Assembly (NCBI RefSeq): GCF_000009045.1
Contig: NC_000964.3
Coordinates: 992,001 to 1,056,000 of the forward strand
From: Bacillus subtilis subsp. subtilis str. 168
Lineage (GTDB): Bacteria > Bacillota > Bacilli > Bacillales > Bacillaceae
Direction: 5' to 3'
DNA length: 64,000 nucleotides
Shown here: positions 43,554 through 53,317 of the stretch, piece after piece
How the letters are laid out: every line of letters starts with the position of its first letter
Position numbering within the stretch: the stretch's first letter is position 1
Notes under the pieces: model-generated
Seen by the model: the letters and a program-made list of their open reading frames with translations, nothing else
What the model was told of the DNA's origin: nothing
The model's database searches: none
Program-made: the position numbers and the translations under genes

Positions 43554-44939
43554 ATGGACGATATTGACAGTCTGATTTTAATTGGCGTGCTCATTGCTTT
43601 AACCGCGTTTTTCGTTGCAAGCGAGTTTGCGATTGTTAGAGTGAGGAGATCCAGAATAGATCAGCTTATCACAGAAGGAAACAAACGGGCGATACTCGCA
43701 AGGCGTGTCATTACAGATTTGGATGAATATTTATCCGCATCCCAGCTAGGCATTACATTGACATCAATCGGGCTTGGCGTACTGGGTGAGCCGGCCTTTG
43801 AACGGCTGCTGCATCCACTGTTTGAACCGCTCGGCTTGCCGGACTCGGTTTCACATGCAGTCTCTTTTGCAGTCGCGTACGGCTTGATCACGTTCCTGCA
43901 CGTTGTTGTAGGTGAACTGGCCCCGAAAACGGTCGCGATTCAAAAGGCAGAACAGCTGACTTTACTGATAGCGGGCCCTTTGCGTTTATTCTATTTGCTC
44001 CTGTTTCCGTTTATTTGGATCCTCAATGGATCGGCGCGGCTTTTATGCGGGATGTTCGGTTTGAAGCCTGCGTCAGAACATGATGGTTCCCATTCTGAGG
44101 AAGAACTCAGGATGCTGTTATCTGAGAGTTTAAAAAACGGAGAGATTAATCCGTCTGAATATAAATATGTGAATAAGATTTTTGAATTTGATAATCGGAT
44201 CGCCAAAGAAATTATGATACCGCGGAAGGAAATGGCTGCTGTGTCAACTGAGATGACGATGGCCGAGATGCTTGAAGTCATGCTGAAGGAAAAATACACG
44301 CGCTGGCCAGTCACAGATGGAGACAAAGACAGTGTGCTCGGTTTGGTCAATACGAAGCATTTGTTTTCTGATTTGCTGTTTATGACAGAAGAAGAACGAA
44401 TGAAGATGACGATCCATCCGTATGTGAGGCCGGTCATCGAAGTGATTGAAACGATCCCGGTTCATGACTTGCTGATTAAAATGCAGCGCGAGCGCATTCA
44501 TATGGCTATATTGTCGGATGAATACGGAGGAACCTCGGGACTTGTGACGACAGAGGATATTCTTGAGGAAATTGTCGGAGAGATCCGAGATGAATTTGAT
44601 GAAGATGAACAGCCGCTGATCCAAAAGCTTGGCGACGGCCATTATGTGATGGATGGAAAGGTTCGGATCGATCAGGTGAACAGCCTTCTTGGCGCATCGA
44701 TTCAAGAAGACGTCGATACGATCGGCGGGCTGATATTAAAAGAAAACATCGATATTGAGGCTGGTGAATCCATTCGCATCGGTTCATATACGATAAAGGT
44801 GCTGAAGATGGACGGCCGATTAATCAAGCAAATCGATATAAAAGAAGAAGCCGGCAACACAACCGGGATTACGGCGCACCACAAGCTGCCGCTGCCCGAG
44901 CCTGTGATGCTGAACAGTGCAACCTTGAGCGAGAAATAA
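43554..44939 (+). CDS. yhdT: CNNM/CorC-family transporter, paralogue of yhdP
   Basis: Same DUF21-CBS-CorC motifs as yhdP. Confidence 0.94.
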   Translation: MDDIDSLILIGVLIALTAFFVASEFAIVRVRRSRIDQLITEGNKRAILARRVITDLDEYLSASQLGITLTSIGLGVLGEPAFERLLHPLFEPLGLPDSVSHAVSFAVAYGLITFLHVVVGELAPKTVAIQKAEQLTLLIAGPLRLFYLLLFPFIWILNGSARLLCGMFGLKPASEHDGSHSEEELRMLLSESLKNGEINPSEYKYVNKIFEFDNRIAKEIMIPRKEMAAVSTEMTMAEMLEVMLKEKYTRWPVTDGDKDSVLGLVNTKHLFSDLLFMTEEERMKMTIHPYVRPVIEVIETIPVHDLLIKMQRERIHMAILSDEYGGTSGLVTTEDILEEIVGEIRDEFDEDEQPLIQKLGDGHYVMDGKVRIDQVNSLLGASIQEDVDTIGGLILKENIDIEAGESIRIGSYTIKVLKMDGRLIKQIDIKEEAGNTTGITAHHKLPLPEPVMLNSATLSEK

Positions 44940-44952
44940 GCTCAAGGTTTTT

Positions 44953-45309
44953 TTATATTGTGATTGTCCAGCCGCACCAAAATGCAAAAAGCGACCCGCA
45001 AAGTGTCAGGACGATGTACAAGATGCTTTCTTTTACACGTTTGGCCATAAGGAGTTGAATAGTTTCAACGCTGAATGTGGAAAAGGTCGTAAAGGCGCCA
45101 AAAAACCCCGTGCCAATGATAAGCGAGACCGAAGCATTTGCAACGTGAAGTCCTGTAAATATTCCGAGCCCGAGAGCTCCGAGAATATTGACTGTCAGTA
45201 TGCCAATGGGCAGGCTGAGACCTTTGGTTTTGGCGGTTATGACATTGCCAAGCCAGAAGCGAAGCATTGCGCCAAGTCCGCCCCCTATGAAAATACCCGC
45301 TAGTGTCAT
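44953..45309 (-). CDS. yhdU: Fluc/CrcB fluoride channel subunit
   Basis: GGGLGAMLR and [12 protein letters not shown] motifs. Confidence 0.92.
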
Positions 45310-45701
45310 TTTTCCTGCAGCCCCTTTCTTTGCTGAATGCCTGCTATGCGCCGTCCCACAAAAACACCAATCAGTGCAAATATGATCCCTGATATCAATG
45401 AGGCTGCCACATATAAAAGAGCCAATGAGGGTTGTCCTTGCAAAAGCATCACTGTTTCCTTAGAAAACGTGGACATTGTTGTGAAGCCTCCGCAAAAGCC
45501 GGTGCCTAAAAAAGCCGACAGCAGAGGCCGTTTTGCCCCGATCATAAAAAATCCGGTCAAAATGCCTAATAGAAGGCTGCCTGCCGCATTTTCCAGCCAG
45601 GTTGCCGCCGGGAACTGACCGGTGTGTATCCATAAGTTTAATCCGTATCGGAGGCAGGCGCCAAGCGCGCCTCCGATAAAAACCGCGCTATATATTTTCA
45701 T
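45306..45701 (-). CDS. yhdV: Fluc/CrcB fluoride channel subunit
   Basis: GGALGACLR and [12 protein letters not shown] motifs; overlaps both neighbours. Confidence 0.92.
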
Positions 45702-46419
45702 GTTTGCCATCCTTTATGATGAAATCCGGGTAATCTGTAACGATGCCGTCCACGCCCATGGCTTGTAATTTTGCCGCTGTCTTTTGATTGTTGACAGTCC
45801 ATGCAAATATGTTTAAGCCATTTTTATTGATGGAGCCGATCATCAGACGGTTAAGCCGTGTGTGTTTTATATTGACATAGTTTGCAAAAGAGCGGAAGGC
45901 CTTCATCTGATTTCTGGACAGCATGCCAAAGTTGGGCCTTGTAATGACCGCTGTCGGAATCGAAGGATAAAGCTCGCGGAACCTTTGGACGGAGCGGAAC
46001 TGAAAGGATTGAACAATATTATTGATAGAAAAAGAAAATTGCCCTAATAGCTGTCCCACCTCTTCTTCAATTCCGACTTGAGACGGATGGCCTTTTAGTT
46101 CAATTAAAAGGCCGATTTTTTTGTGGTAGCGCTTGAGCACCGCTTCCAGGGTTGGAATACGCTCTCCTTGAAAAGCGGGACCGTACCAGCTTCCTGCATC
46201 GAGTTTTTGCAATTCCTCCAAGGTAAAATCCTTAACAAAGCCCGATCCGTTTGTTGTTCGGTCAACCCTGTCATCGTGTATCACAACAATCTGCCTGTCT
46301 TTTGTAAGCTGGACATCCAGTTCGATCATATCTGCATTCATTTTCACCGCAAGGTCAAATGCGGCAATCGTATTTTCCGGAGCGTAGCCGGATGCTCCGC
46401 GATGGGCAATGATGTACAA
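45688..46419 (-). CDS. yhdW: Glycerophosphodiester phosphodiesterase family protein
   Basis: AHRGASGYAPENT, IELDV and HD motifs. Confidence 0.93.
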   Translation of the reverse strand: MYIIAHRGASGYAPENTIAAFDLAVKMNADMIELDVQLTKDRQIVVIHDDRVDRTTNGSGFVKDFTLEELQKLDAGSWYGPAFQGERIPTLEAVLKRYHKKIGLLIELKGHPSQVGIEEEVGQLLGQFSFSINNIVQSFQFRSVQRFRELYPSIPTAVITRPNFGMLSRNQMKAFRSFANYVNIKHTRLNRLMIGSINKNGLNIFAWTVNNQKTAAKLQAMGVDGIVTDYPDFIIKDGKHENI

Positions 46420-46652
46420 GCTAAGTCAGCTCCTCGTATGGGCATTTCTGTTATTGTATCAAATCCATATATGCACCGCGATACAAACTGGTGAATTTTT
46501 TCTGCCATATCGGAATGGTCCGGGCTGAGGAATGCGTATAACTAAAAAAAGACACTCAGCGTATCAGAACACATTTCGTCAGAAAATTAGGTCTTTCGAC
46601 ATGTTCACAACAAAATATGATCCTTTATAATAGCAAAAAAGGAGGCGAGATC

Positions 46653-46760
46653 ATGGGAAAAGGGAGAATCAGAGTGGAGGAAAGAATTAAAGCCGAAACG
46701 GATGCTGAAATGCAAAAAGCAACTCTCCTTGATCAGACACAAACGAAAAAAGGTAAGTGA
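46653..46760 (+). CDS. yhdX: 35-aa small protein MGKGRIRVEERIKAETDAEMQKATLLDQTQTKKGK
   Basis: SD AAGGAGG; TTCACA-16-TATAAT at 46604-46631; own terminator at 46801-46825. Confidence 0.85.
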   Translation: MGKGRIRVEERIKAETDAEMQKATLLDQTQTKKGK

Positions 46761-46800
46761 CTGTCCCTATTGAATCTGGCTGATAGATGAATTGAGAAAT

Positions 46801-46825
46801 GACCCCGGCGTTTCGCCGGGGTTTT
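46801..46825 (+). terminator. Terminator after yhdX
   Basis: GACCCCGGCGTTTCGCCGGGGTTTT. Confidence 0.85.
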
Positions 46826-46908
46826 GTGCTGCATAAGACATTTAAATGAACATCCTTACGAATATTTTAGTATAATAAACAATTGATTGGGATAGAGGGG
46901 AGACAGTC

Positions 46909-48024
46909 ATGCCGGATTATCTGCAGCAGTATTTTACGCTTGATAACATCATACAAATCGGCATCAGCTTGGCGATTTTGCTGGTGTTTCTTATACTTAG
47001 AAAATTATTCACAAGATATTTTTTTAACCTGCTTTTTAATTTGACAAACCGGCCGAAAACAGAAATTTTTAAACAGGTGGTTCTGGCGTTTGATAAGCCG
47101 GCCAGATGGTTTTTTGTTGCCCTTGGGCTGTTTTTAGCGATCCGGTATTCACCGTTTTTAGATGAGCAAATGCCGGTCATCAGCAAAATATACCGCTCAC
47201 TGATTGTGGCGCTCTTGTGTTGGGGTCTTTGTAATTTGACCGCAACATCGTCGTTTATCTTCCATAAGGTGAACCAGCGCTTCGAGCTTGACATGGATGA
47301 CATTCTGGCCCCGTTTTTATCCAAATTGCTCCGTTTTGTGATCATTGCGCTCAGTGTCAGTGTGATCGCTCAGGAATTCAATTATGATGTCAACGGATTT
47401 GTAGCGGGCCTTGGTCTTGGCGGACTGGCTTTTGCGCTTGCCGCGAAGGATACCATCAGCAACTTCTTCGGCGGTATTATCATTATTACTGAAAAGCCGT
47501 TTACAATTGGTGACTGGGTGGAGACGTCGACAGTAACAGGATCAGTCGAGGATATTACCTTTAGGAGCACGAGATTCAGAACAGCACAGGGGGCGCTTGT
47601 AACGGTGCCGAACTCTACGCTGTCGATGGAAGCGATCACGAACTGGACAAGAATGACCAAACGCCAGATTACGTTTTCCATCCATGTGTCCTACGCTACG
47701 CCGATTGAGAACCTTGAACGCTCCATTCATTCTCTCAGAACAATGCTCTTAGAGCATGAGGGCGTTGATAATGAAATAATCATGGTCAACTTTGATACGT
47801 TTGCCGACAGCTACTACAATTTATTTTTTAACTTCTATACAAAAACGACGGTTTGGGCTGAAAACCTTAATATTAGAGAGGATATCAACTATAAAATTAT
47901 TGAGATTTTAGGTGCAGAAGGCGTTCAGTTTGCATATCCCGGCCAAATGGTTGTTGTCAAGCAAAAGCACGAAAGCGACCAATTCCAGGTGAATCTAAAT
48001 AAAGAGGAAAAGGAACGGGCTTAA
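46909..48024 (+). CDS. yhdY: MscS-family mechanosensitive channel
   Basis: GLGGLAFALAAKDTISNFFGG..PFTIGDW motif. Confidence 0.93.
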   Translation: MPDYLQQYFTLDNIIQIGISLAILLVFLILRKLFTRYFFNLLFNLTNRPKTEIFKQVVLAFDKPARWFFVALGLFLAIRYSPFLDEQMPVISKIYRSLIVALLCWGLCNLTATSSFIFHKVNQRFELDMDDILAPFLSKLLRFVIIALSVSVIAQEFNYDVNGFVAGLGLGGLAFALAAKDTISNFFGGIIIITEKPFTIGDWVETSTVTGSVEDITFRSTRFRTAQGALVTVPNSTLSMEAITNWTRMTKRQITFSIHVSYATPIENLERSIHSLRTMLLEHEGVDNEIIMVNFDTFADSYYNLFFNFYTKTTVWAENLNIREDINYKIIEILGAEGVQFAYPGQMVVVKQKHESDQFQVNLNKEEKERA

Positions 48025-48093
48025 AAGAGAGACTTCGTCTGACAGAGGCGGAGTCTTTTTCATGGTAAAATAAGAGAAAAAGGCGGTGTTGAG

Positions 48094-48837
48094 TTGGAAA
48101 CATTCAAAAGTATTCTACATGAAGCACAGAGAATTGTTGTGCTGACCGGAGCGGGAATGAGCACAGAATCAGGGATCCCCGACTTTCGTTCAGCAGGGGG
48201 CATTTGGACGGAGGATGCCTCAAGAATGGAAGCGATGAGCCTTGATTATTTTTTAAGTTATCCGCGTCTGTTTTGGCCCAAATTCAAAGAATTGTTCCAG
48301 ATGAAAATGAGCGGCAGCTTTGAACCGAATGAAGGCCATTTGCTTTTAGCTGAGCTGGAGAAGCAAGGGAAGCAGGTCGATATTTTCACGCAAAACATTG
48401 ACGGTCTTCATAAAAAAGCGGGGAGCAGGCATGTGTACGAACTGCATGGTTCTATCCAGACAGCAGCTTGTCCGGCATGCGGCGCCCGATATGATCTTCC
48501 CCATTTGCTGGAGCGGGAGGTGCCGGAGTGCACGGCGGCCGGAAACAATGGGGACATTTGCGGAACGGTATTAAAAACCGATGTTGTTCTCTTTGGCGAT
48601 GCCGTCATGCACTTTGACACCCTTTATGAAAAGCTGGATCAAGCAGATCTTTTATTGGTTATCGGCACGTCTCTCGAAGTGGCTCCGGCTAGATTTGTGC
48701 CTGAGGATGCAAGCCTGATTCCCGGCATGAAGAAAGTCATCATAAACCTTGAACCAACGTATTGCGACAGCTTGTTTGACATGGTCATCCATCAAAAAAT
48801 CGGCGAGTTTGCCCGAAGTTTGGGCATGAAAAAGTGA
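48094..48837 (+). CDS. yhdZ: Sirtuin NAD-dependent protein deacylase (SrtN)
   Basis: GAGMSTESGIPDFRS, TQNIDGLH, zinc-binding CxxC pairs. Confidence 0.95.
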   Translation: METFKSILHEAQRIVVLTGAGMSTESGIPDFRSAGGIWTEDASRMEAMSLDYFLSYPRLFWPKFKELFQMKMSGSFEPNEGHLLLAELEKQGKQVDIFTQNIDGLHKKAGSRHVYELHGSIQTAACPACGARYDLPHLLEREVPECTAAGNNGDICGTVLKTDVVLFGDAVMHFDTLYEKLDQADLLLVIGTSLEVAPARFVPEDASLIPGMKKVIINLEPTYCDSLFDMVIHQKIGEFARSLGMKK

Positions 48838-48862
48838 GCCGCTTTATGCGCCTCACTTTTTT
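48829..48862. terminator. Bidirectional terminator yhdZ/yheN
   Basis: AAAAAGTGAG..CTCACTTTTTT. Confidence 0.75.
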
Positions 48863-49709
48863 ATTCATGAACAGGAACCATTGTGTCCTCTAACACTCCG
48901 AAGGAATAGCCTTTTTCTTTTAATTTATTGATTAGTACCGGCAGCGCATTTACAGTAGCAGGAAGATCATGCATGAGAATTACATTTGGGCGGCTTGAAG
49001 AGCTGTGTTCCATATTCTCAAGCTGCTGTAATACGGCGGTCACATACTGTGAATTCCGGTATTTCCAGTCCATGCTGTCGATCGTCCAATCCCAGTACAC
49101 AAACCCATCTTTCTCCAGATTGCGAATTTGTGAGGCGGTTAGTGACGGCTTGCTTCCGTATGGCGTTCTGACAAGATCGGTTTTATATCCTGTAATGTCC
49201 TGCAGCGTGTCACGCGCCTCCTGCATTTCTTTTAGCGGAGATGTCGGTGTTTGATAGAACAATCTGTTATTGTGGGTAACGCCATGTAAACCGAGTGCGT
49301 GGCCTTCCTTTTCTGCTCTTTTCACAGCCTGCTTGAATTCGTTCATCCGCGGTGACAGCATAAAAAACGTCGCTTTTACATCAGCGCTTTTCAGTACGTC
49401 GAGCAAGCGGGTTGTAACGGCTGAAGGGCCGTCGTCGAAGGTTAAGTAAACCGTTTTATCTCCCATGTTCTGCTTTGTCTGCAGATGTTTTATCAGGAGA
49501 TCGGGGGAGTCGTTTTTCAGCTTAAGGCTTTCCTTCTCATCTCGAAGCTGGCCGTTTGTTGTGACAGTGACTTCCTTTGCTTTCGTTGAACTGTTGGAAT
49601 AACCCAAAATCACCATAAGCAAAAGCAGCACACATAAAACTGCTAAACTTGCAAATTTAAAAGCAAGCGAAACTGCAGAAGGAGAAGCCTCTCCTCTCGT
49701 TTGTCGCAT
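48861..49709 (-). CDS. yheN: Membrane-anchored polysaccharide deacetylase (CE4)
   Basis: TFDDGP, HGVTH, RTPYG and LMHD motifs. Confidence 0.92.
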   Translation of the reverse strand: MRQTRGEASPSAVSLAFKFASLAVLCVLLLLMVILGYSNSSTKAKEVTVTTNGQLRDEKESLKLKNDSPDLLIKHLQTKQNMGDKTVYLTFDDGPSAVTTRLLDVLKSADVKATFFMLSPRMNEFKQAVKRAEKEGHALGLHGVTHNNRLFYQTPTSPLKEMQEARDTLQDITGYKTDLVRTPYGSKPSLTASQIRNLEKDGFVYWDWTIDSMDWKYRNSQYVTAVLQQLENMEHSSSSRPNVILMHDLPATVNALPVLINKLKEKGYSFGVLEDTMVPVHE

Positions 49710-49993
49710 AACAATCTCTCCATTGGCATAAAATCTCTACATAATGCTGTACAGCAGGCAGCTTATGAAGATGCCTTATGTTTACAACCTATGTATTACC
49801 AGTCAAGTATACAGGAATAAAACTGGAAAGCACATAGAAAATTTGTCGAAATGTCAGATTTTAAGGAAAAAATAAACTCCTTTCCGCTATAGATCTCTTG
49901 ATCTTTCTGTTTTTCAGCTTGTCCAATATGGTAGAATTAGTGATAATGACAGCTTGAATGACATCAGGGACATCTCGAAAAGGGAGGGCTTTT

Positions 49994-50842
49994 ATGAAGG
50001 TTTTAGTCAATGGCCGGCTGATTGGGCGCAGTGAAGCATCAATCGATTTGGAAGATCGCGGTTATCAGTTTGGTGACGGCATCTATGAAGTGATCAGGGT
50101 GTACAAAGGAGTATTGTTCGGCTTACGTGAGCATGCAGAGCGTTTTTTCAGAAGTGCTGCTGAAATCGGAATTTCACTGCCATTCAGTATAGAAGATCTC
50201 GAGTGGGACCTGCAAAAGCTTGTACAGGAAAATGCGGTCAGTGAGGGAGCGGTATACATTCAGACAACAAGAGGTGTGGCCCCGCGAAAACACCAGTATG
50301 AAGCCGGCCTCGAGCCGCAGACTACTGCCTATACGTTTACGGTGAAAAAACCGGAGCAAGAGCAGGCATACGGAGTGGCGGCCATTACAGATGAGGATCT
50401 TCGCTGGTTAAGATGTGATATCAAAAGTCTGAATTTACTGTATAATGTCATGACGAAGCAAAGGGCCTATGAAGCCGGAGCATTTGAAGCCATTTTACTT
50501 AGGGACGGCGTTGTTACGGAGGGTACATCCTCTAACGTTTATGCCGTTATCAACGGCACAGTGCGAACACATCCGGCTAATCGGCTCATTCTCAATGGAA
50601 TTACACGGATGAATATTTTAGGACTGATTGAGAAGAATGGGATCAAACTGGATGAGACTCCTGTCAGTGAAGAAGAGTTGAAACAGGCGGAAGAGATCTT
50701 TATTTCGTCAACGACGGCAGAAATTATTCCGGTCGTGACGCTCGATGGACAATCGATCGGAAGCGGGAAACCCGGACCGGTGACCAAACAGCTTCAGGCT
50801 GCTTTTCAAGAAAGCATTCAACAGGCTGCTAGCATTTCATAA
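49994..50842 (+). CDS. dat: D-alanine aminotransferase
   Basis: [21 protein letters not shown] and EGTSSN; SD GGGAGG before ATG 49994. Confidence 0.96.
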
Positions 50843-50852
50843 ATGAACGAAG

Positions 50853-50886
50853 AAAAGAGCCCGCTTTTTACAGCGGGGCTCTTTTT
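50853..50886. terminator. Bidirectional terminator dat/nhaC
   Basis: AAAAGAGCCCGCT..AGCGGGGCTCTTTTT. Confidence 0.85.
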
Positions 50887-52246
50887 ATTTTTTAACAAAT
50901 CCAATCAAAATGGAGATCATTGGCGATATATAGAGGAAGAACGTAAATGGGATGTAGTCTATGACTGGAACACCAAGTGCGCTCGCCATAAATGCGCCGC
51001 TGACGCCCCAAGGAATCAATGGGTTAATTAATGTTCCGCCGTCCTCTAATGATCTTGTCAGAAATTTTCGCTGGATGTTTCGTTTGTCATATAAAGATTT
51101 AAATGATTGTCCCGGTATTAATATCGATAAATACTGTTCGCCCGTTGCCAAGTTGACGCCGATGCTTGAGCAGACAGTTGCTGCAACAAGACGGCCTTTT
51201 GAGCGGATGCCTTTCATGACGCCTTCCAATAGTGCAGAAATCAATCCGATTTTCTCCATCAATCCGCCGAGTGCAAAAGCAATCATAATGAGAGAGACAG
51301 AGCCCATCATGGATTGCAGTCCGCCTCTGTTAATAATTTTAGCGGCTGCCTCATTGTCAGTTTCGAAAGTTGTGCCATTTTGTAAAGCTGTCATAAACGC
51401 CTGCAGGCTGCTGTAGGGTACAAAAATAGCAGTCAAAATTCCCGAGGAAATAATTCCGGCAGTCAGAACGGGGATTACTGATACCCGTTTCATTGCCAGC
51501 AAAACGACTAAGAGCGGAGAAAGAAGGGCCCACGGTGTCACGTTTGCAGCATCTTTTATTCCGGTTATGACCTGCTGAATATTATCGGTTGAAGCAGCGT
51601 CCGCTGACACTGATGAACCGAGAAAGTAAAACAGAACGACAGTGATGAGCAAAGCTGGAATGGTTGTGCCCATCATATGGCGAATGTGTTCAAAGATTGG
51701 TATTTCGCCTATTCCGGCTGCAAAGTTGGTTGTGTCCGACATCGGCGACATTTTATCCCCAAAACAAGCGCCGCATATGACTGCGCCTGCTGTCCATTCA
51801 AGCGGAACGCCAGCCGCGCTCGCCACGCCGATCAGCGCTACTCCGATTGTGCTTACAGTTGTCAGACTTGAGCCAACAAGTGTGCTGATGATCATACATG
51901 AAAACAAAGCAGTCAACAGAAGGTGGCTTGGTTCAATAAAGGATAGGGCATAAACTGTCATAGTCGGTATTGCGCCGCTGTACATCCAGGCGCCGATTAA
52001 GATGCCGATCAGCGCTAGAACAATAATCGGCTGTACGCCGTTTTTGATCCCGTCTACAATCCCTTTTTCAATGCTCTTCCAGGGAAATCCAAACCATAAA
52101 GCTGCTGCTGAAAGCATGACAACACTTAAAAACAGCGGGATATGAGGTTCTACATGAAGCAAGAATAAGCAAGAAATAATAATGCACAACATGAATATAA
52201 ATAAACCGACGGCTAACGGAAACGTCAGCTTTTTTTGAGAATCCAA
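50885..52246 (-). CDS. nhaC: NhaC-family Na+/H+ antiporter
   Basis: GACFGDKMSPMSDTTN and EDGGTLINPLIPW motifs. Confidence 0.93.
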   Translation of the reverse strand: MDSQKKLTFPLAVGLFIFMLCIIISCLFLLHVEPHIPLFLSVVMLSAAALWFGFPWKSIEKGIVDGIKNGVQPIIVLALIGILIGAWMYSGAIPTMTVYALSFIEPSHLLLTALFSCMIISTLVGSSLTTVSTIGVALIGVASAAGVPLEWTAGAVICGACFGDKMSPMSDTTNFAAGIGEIPIFEHIRHMMGTTIPALLITVVLFYFLGSSVSADAASTDNIQQVITGIKDAANVTPWALLSPLLVVLLAMKRVSVIPVLTAGIISSGILTAIFVPYSSLQAFMTALQNGTTFETDNEAAAKIINRGGLQSMMGSVSLIMIAFALGGLMEKIGLISALLEGVMKGIRSKGRLVAATVCSSIGVNLATGEQYLSILIPGQSFKSLYDKRNIQRKFLTRSLEDGGTLINPLIPWGVSGAFMASALGVPVIDYIPFTFFLYISPMISILIGFVKK

Positions 52247-52372
52247 AATAACACCCCATATTTATCTTTAATGCTTTTGTGCTTTTGGGCACGAAAGCAT
52301 TATAACAGAAAAAAACGAAAATCTATGTTTTTTCACAATTATGAATATAAAAGAAGTGAGCACAGGGCGTGC

Positions 52373-52873
52373 TCACTTTACAATCAGGACGGGTATATCC
52401 GATTTCGCTGAAAGCTTTTCACTTACACTTCCGAATATTAGCTTTTTCAGCCTGTTTTGGTCTCTGCTTCCGGTTACGATCATATCGGCAGAAATGCGGT
52501 TTGCATGCTCGATAATTGATTCAGCCGGATCGCCTTCTAATATATCGATATCTCCATCTGCCTGCTGTTCATTCAGCATCATTCTGGCTTCGGCGATGAC
52601 TTCTTCCGTACGGTCTTCATAGATCATTGGCTCAGGTGATGTTACATCCGATATCAGCGGATCAGGAACACTTGTCATGCCTCCGCTGATATAGCTTGCC
52701 TCAGCTGCGGGTCTGGGCGGGTCGATGACGGTCTGATTGTCTTTCATATCATGTGAATGGGCGACGGTAATAGCGGCATTTACGGTTTTAGCAAGATCAA
52801 TGGCTGTCAGAAGCGCTTTCTTACTATTTTCACTTCCGTCAAACGCAACAATGATACGGTCAGCATGGAACAT
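52373..52873 (-). CDS. nhaX: Universal stress protein
   Basis: IIVAFDGS..GSVSEKL USP fold; SD before ATG 52873. Confidence 0.92.
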   Translation of the reverse strand: MFHADRIIVAFDGSENSKKALLTAIDLAKTVNAAITVAHSHDMKDNQTVIDPPRPAAEASYISGGMTSVPDPLISDVTSPEPMIYEDRTEEVIAEARMMLNEQQADGDIDILEGDPAESIIEHANRISADMIVTGSRDQNRLKKLIFGSVSEKLSAKSDIPVLIVK

Positions 52874-52907
52874 CCTTCTCACCCTTTCAAAGCGTCTTAC
52901 AACACTA

Positions 52908-52933
52908 CTACCCGAATTTGAGCACAATTAACC
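52908..52933 (-). promoter_or_regulatory. sigmaB promoter of nhaX
   Basis: GGTTAA-14-GGGTAG. Confidence 0.8.
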
Positions 52934-52953
52934 TTTTCCTATTCAAGTAATGA

Positions 52954-52982
52954 TTGACAATAAAAGGTTTTGTTTATATGAT
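52954..52982 (+). promoter_or_regulatory. sigmaA promoter of bmrBCD
   Basis: TTGACA-17-TATGAT. Confidence 0.88.
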
Positions 52983-53036
52983 GATAAAAAGATGAAATCA
53001 GAATGGAAGGAGGGTTTGCTATGCCAAGGAATTTGC

Positions 53037-53198
53037 GTGTTTATCAAACAGTTTCATATTGGCGCGGCAAACCTTTTGTTCTGTTTTCGTGAACGGTTTT
53101 TTAGGTCGGACCGCGCGCTGAAAAGCGCTGTGCGTAACATATCGGTTAAAAAAGGCATGGAGCTGACGCTTCATGCCTTTTTTATATACAAAATCTAA
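53037..53198 (+). CDS. bmrB: Annotated 53-aa leader ORF of the bmrCD attenuator (yheJ)
   Basis: GTG-start ORF spanning the attenuator hairpin; SD is weak, and a rival uORF lies at 53021-53092. Confidence 0.55.
   Translation: MFIKQFHIGAANLLFCFRERFFRSDRALKSAVRNISVKKGMELTLHAFFIYKI
53148..53184 (+). terminator. Attenuator terminator upstream of bmrC
   Basis: AAAAAAGGCATGGAG..CTTCATGCCTTTTTT, located between the promoter and bmrC. Confidence 0.88.
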
Positions 53199-53317
53199 GG
53201 AAAGACAGGTGTATGGGATGTGAAGACAAATACAGAGGCGAGGGCAGTTCGTGCCAAACTGGATGAAAAAAGCTGCAAGGAAAAAATAGAAGGCGGCTGA
53301 TGAGGAGATGGGGATAG

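Noticed and set aside
52950-53036. 82-aa version of the bmrB ORF starting at 52950
   Set aside because: Its start lies upstream of and within the TTGACA-17-TATGAT promoter, so it cannot be on that transcript.
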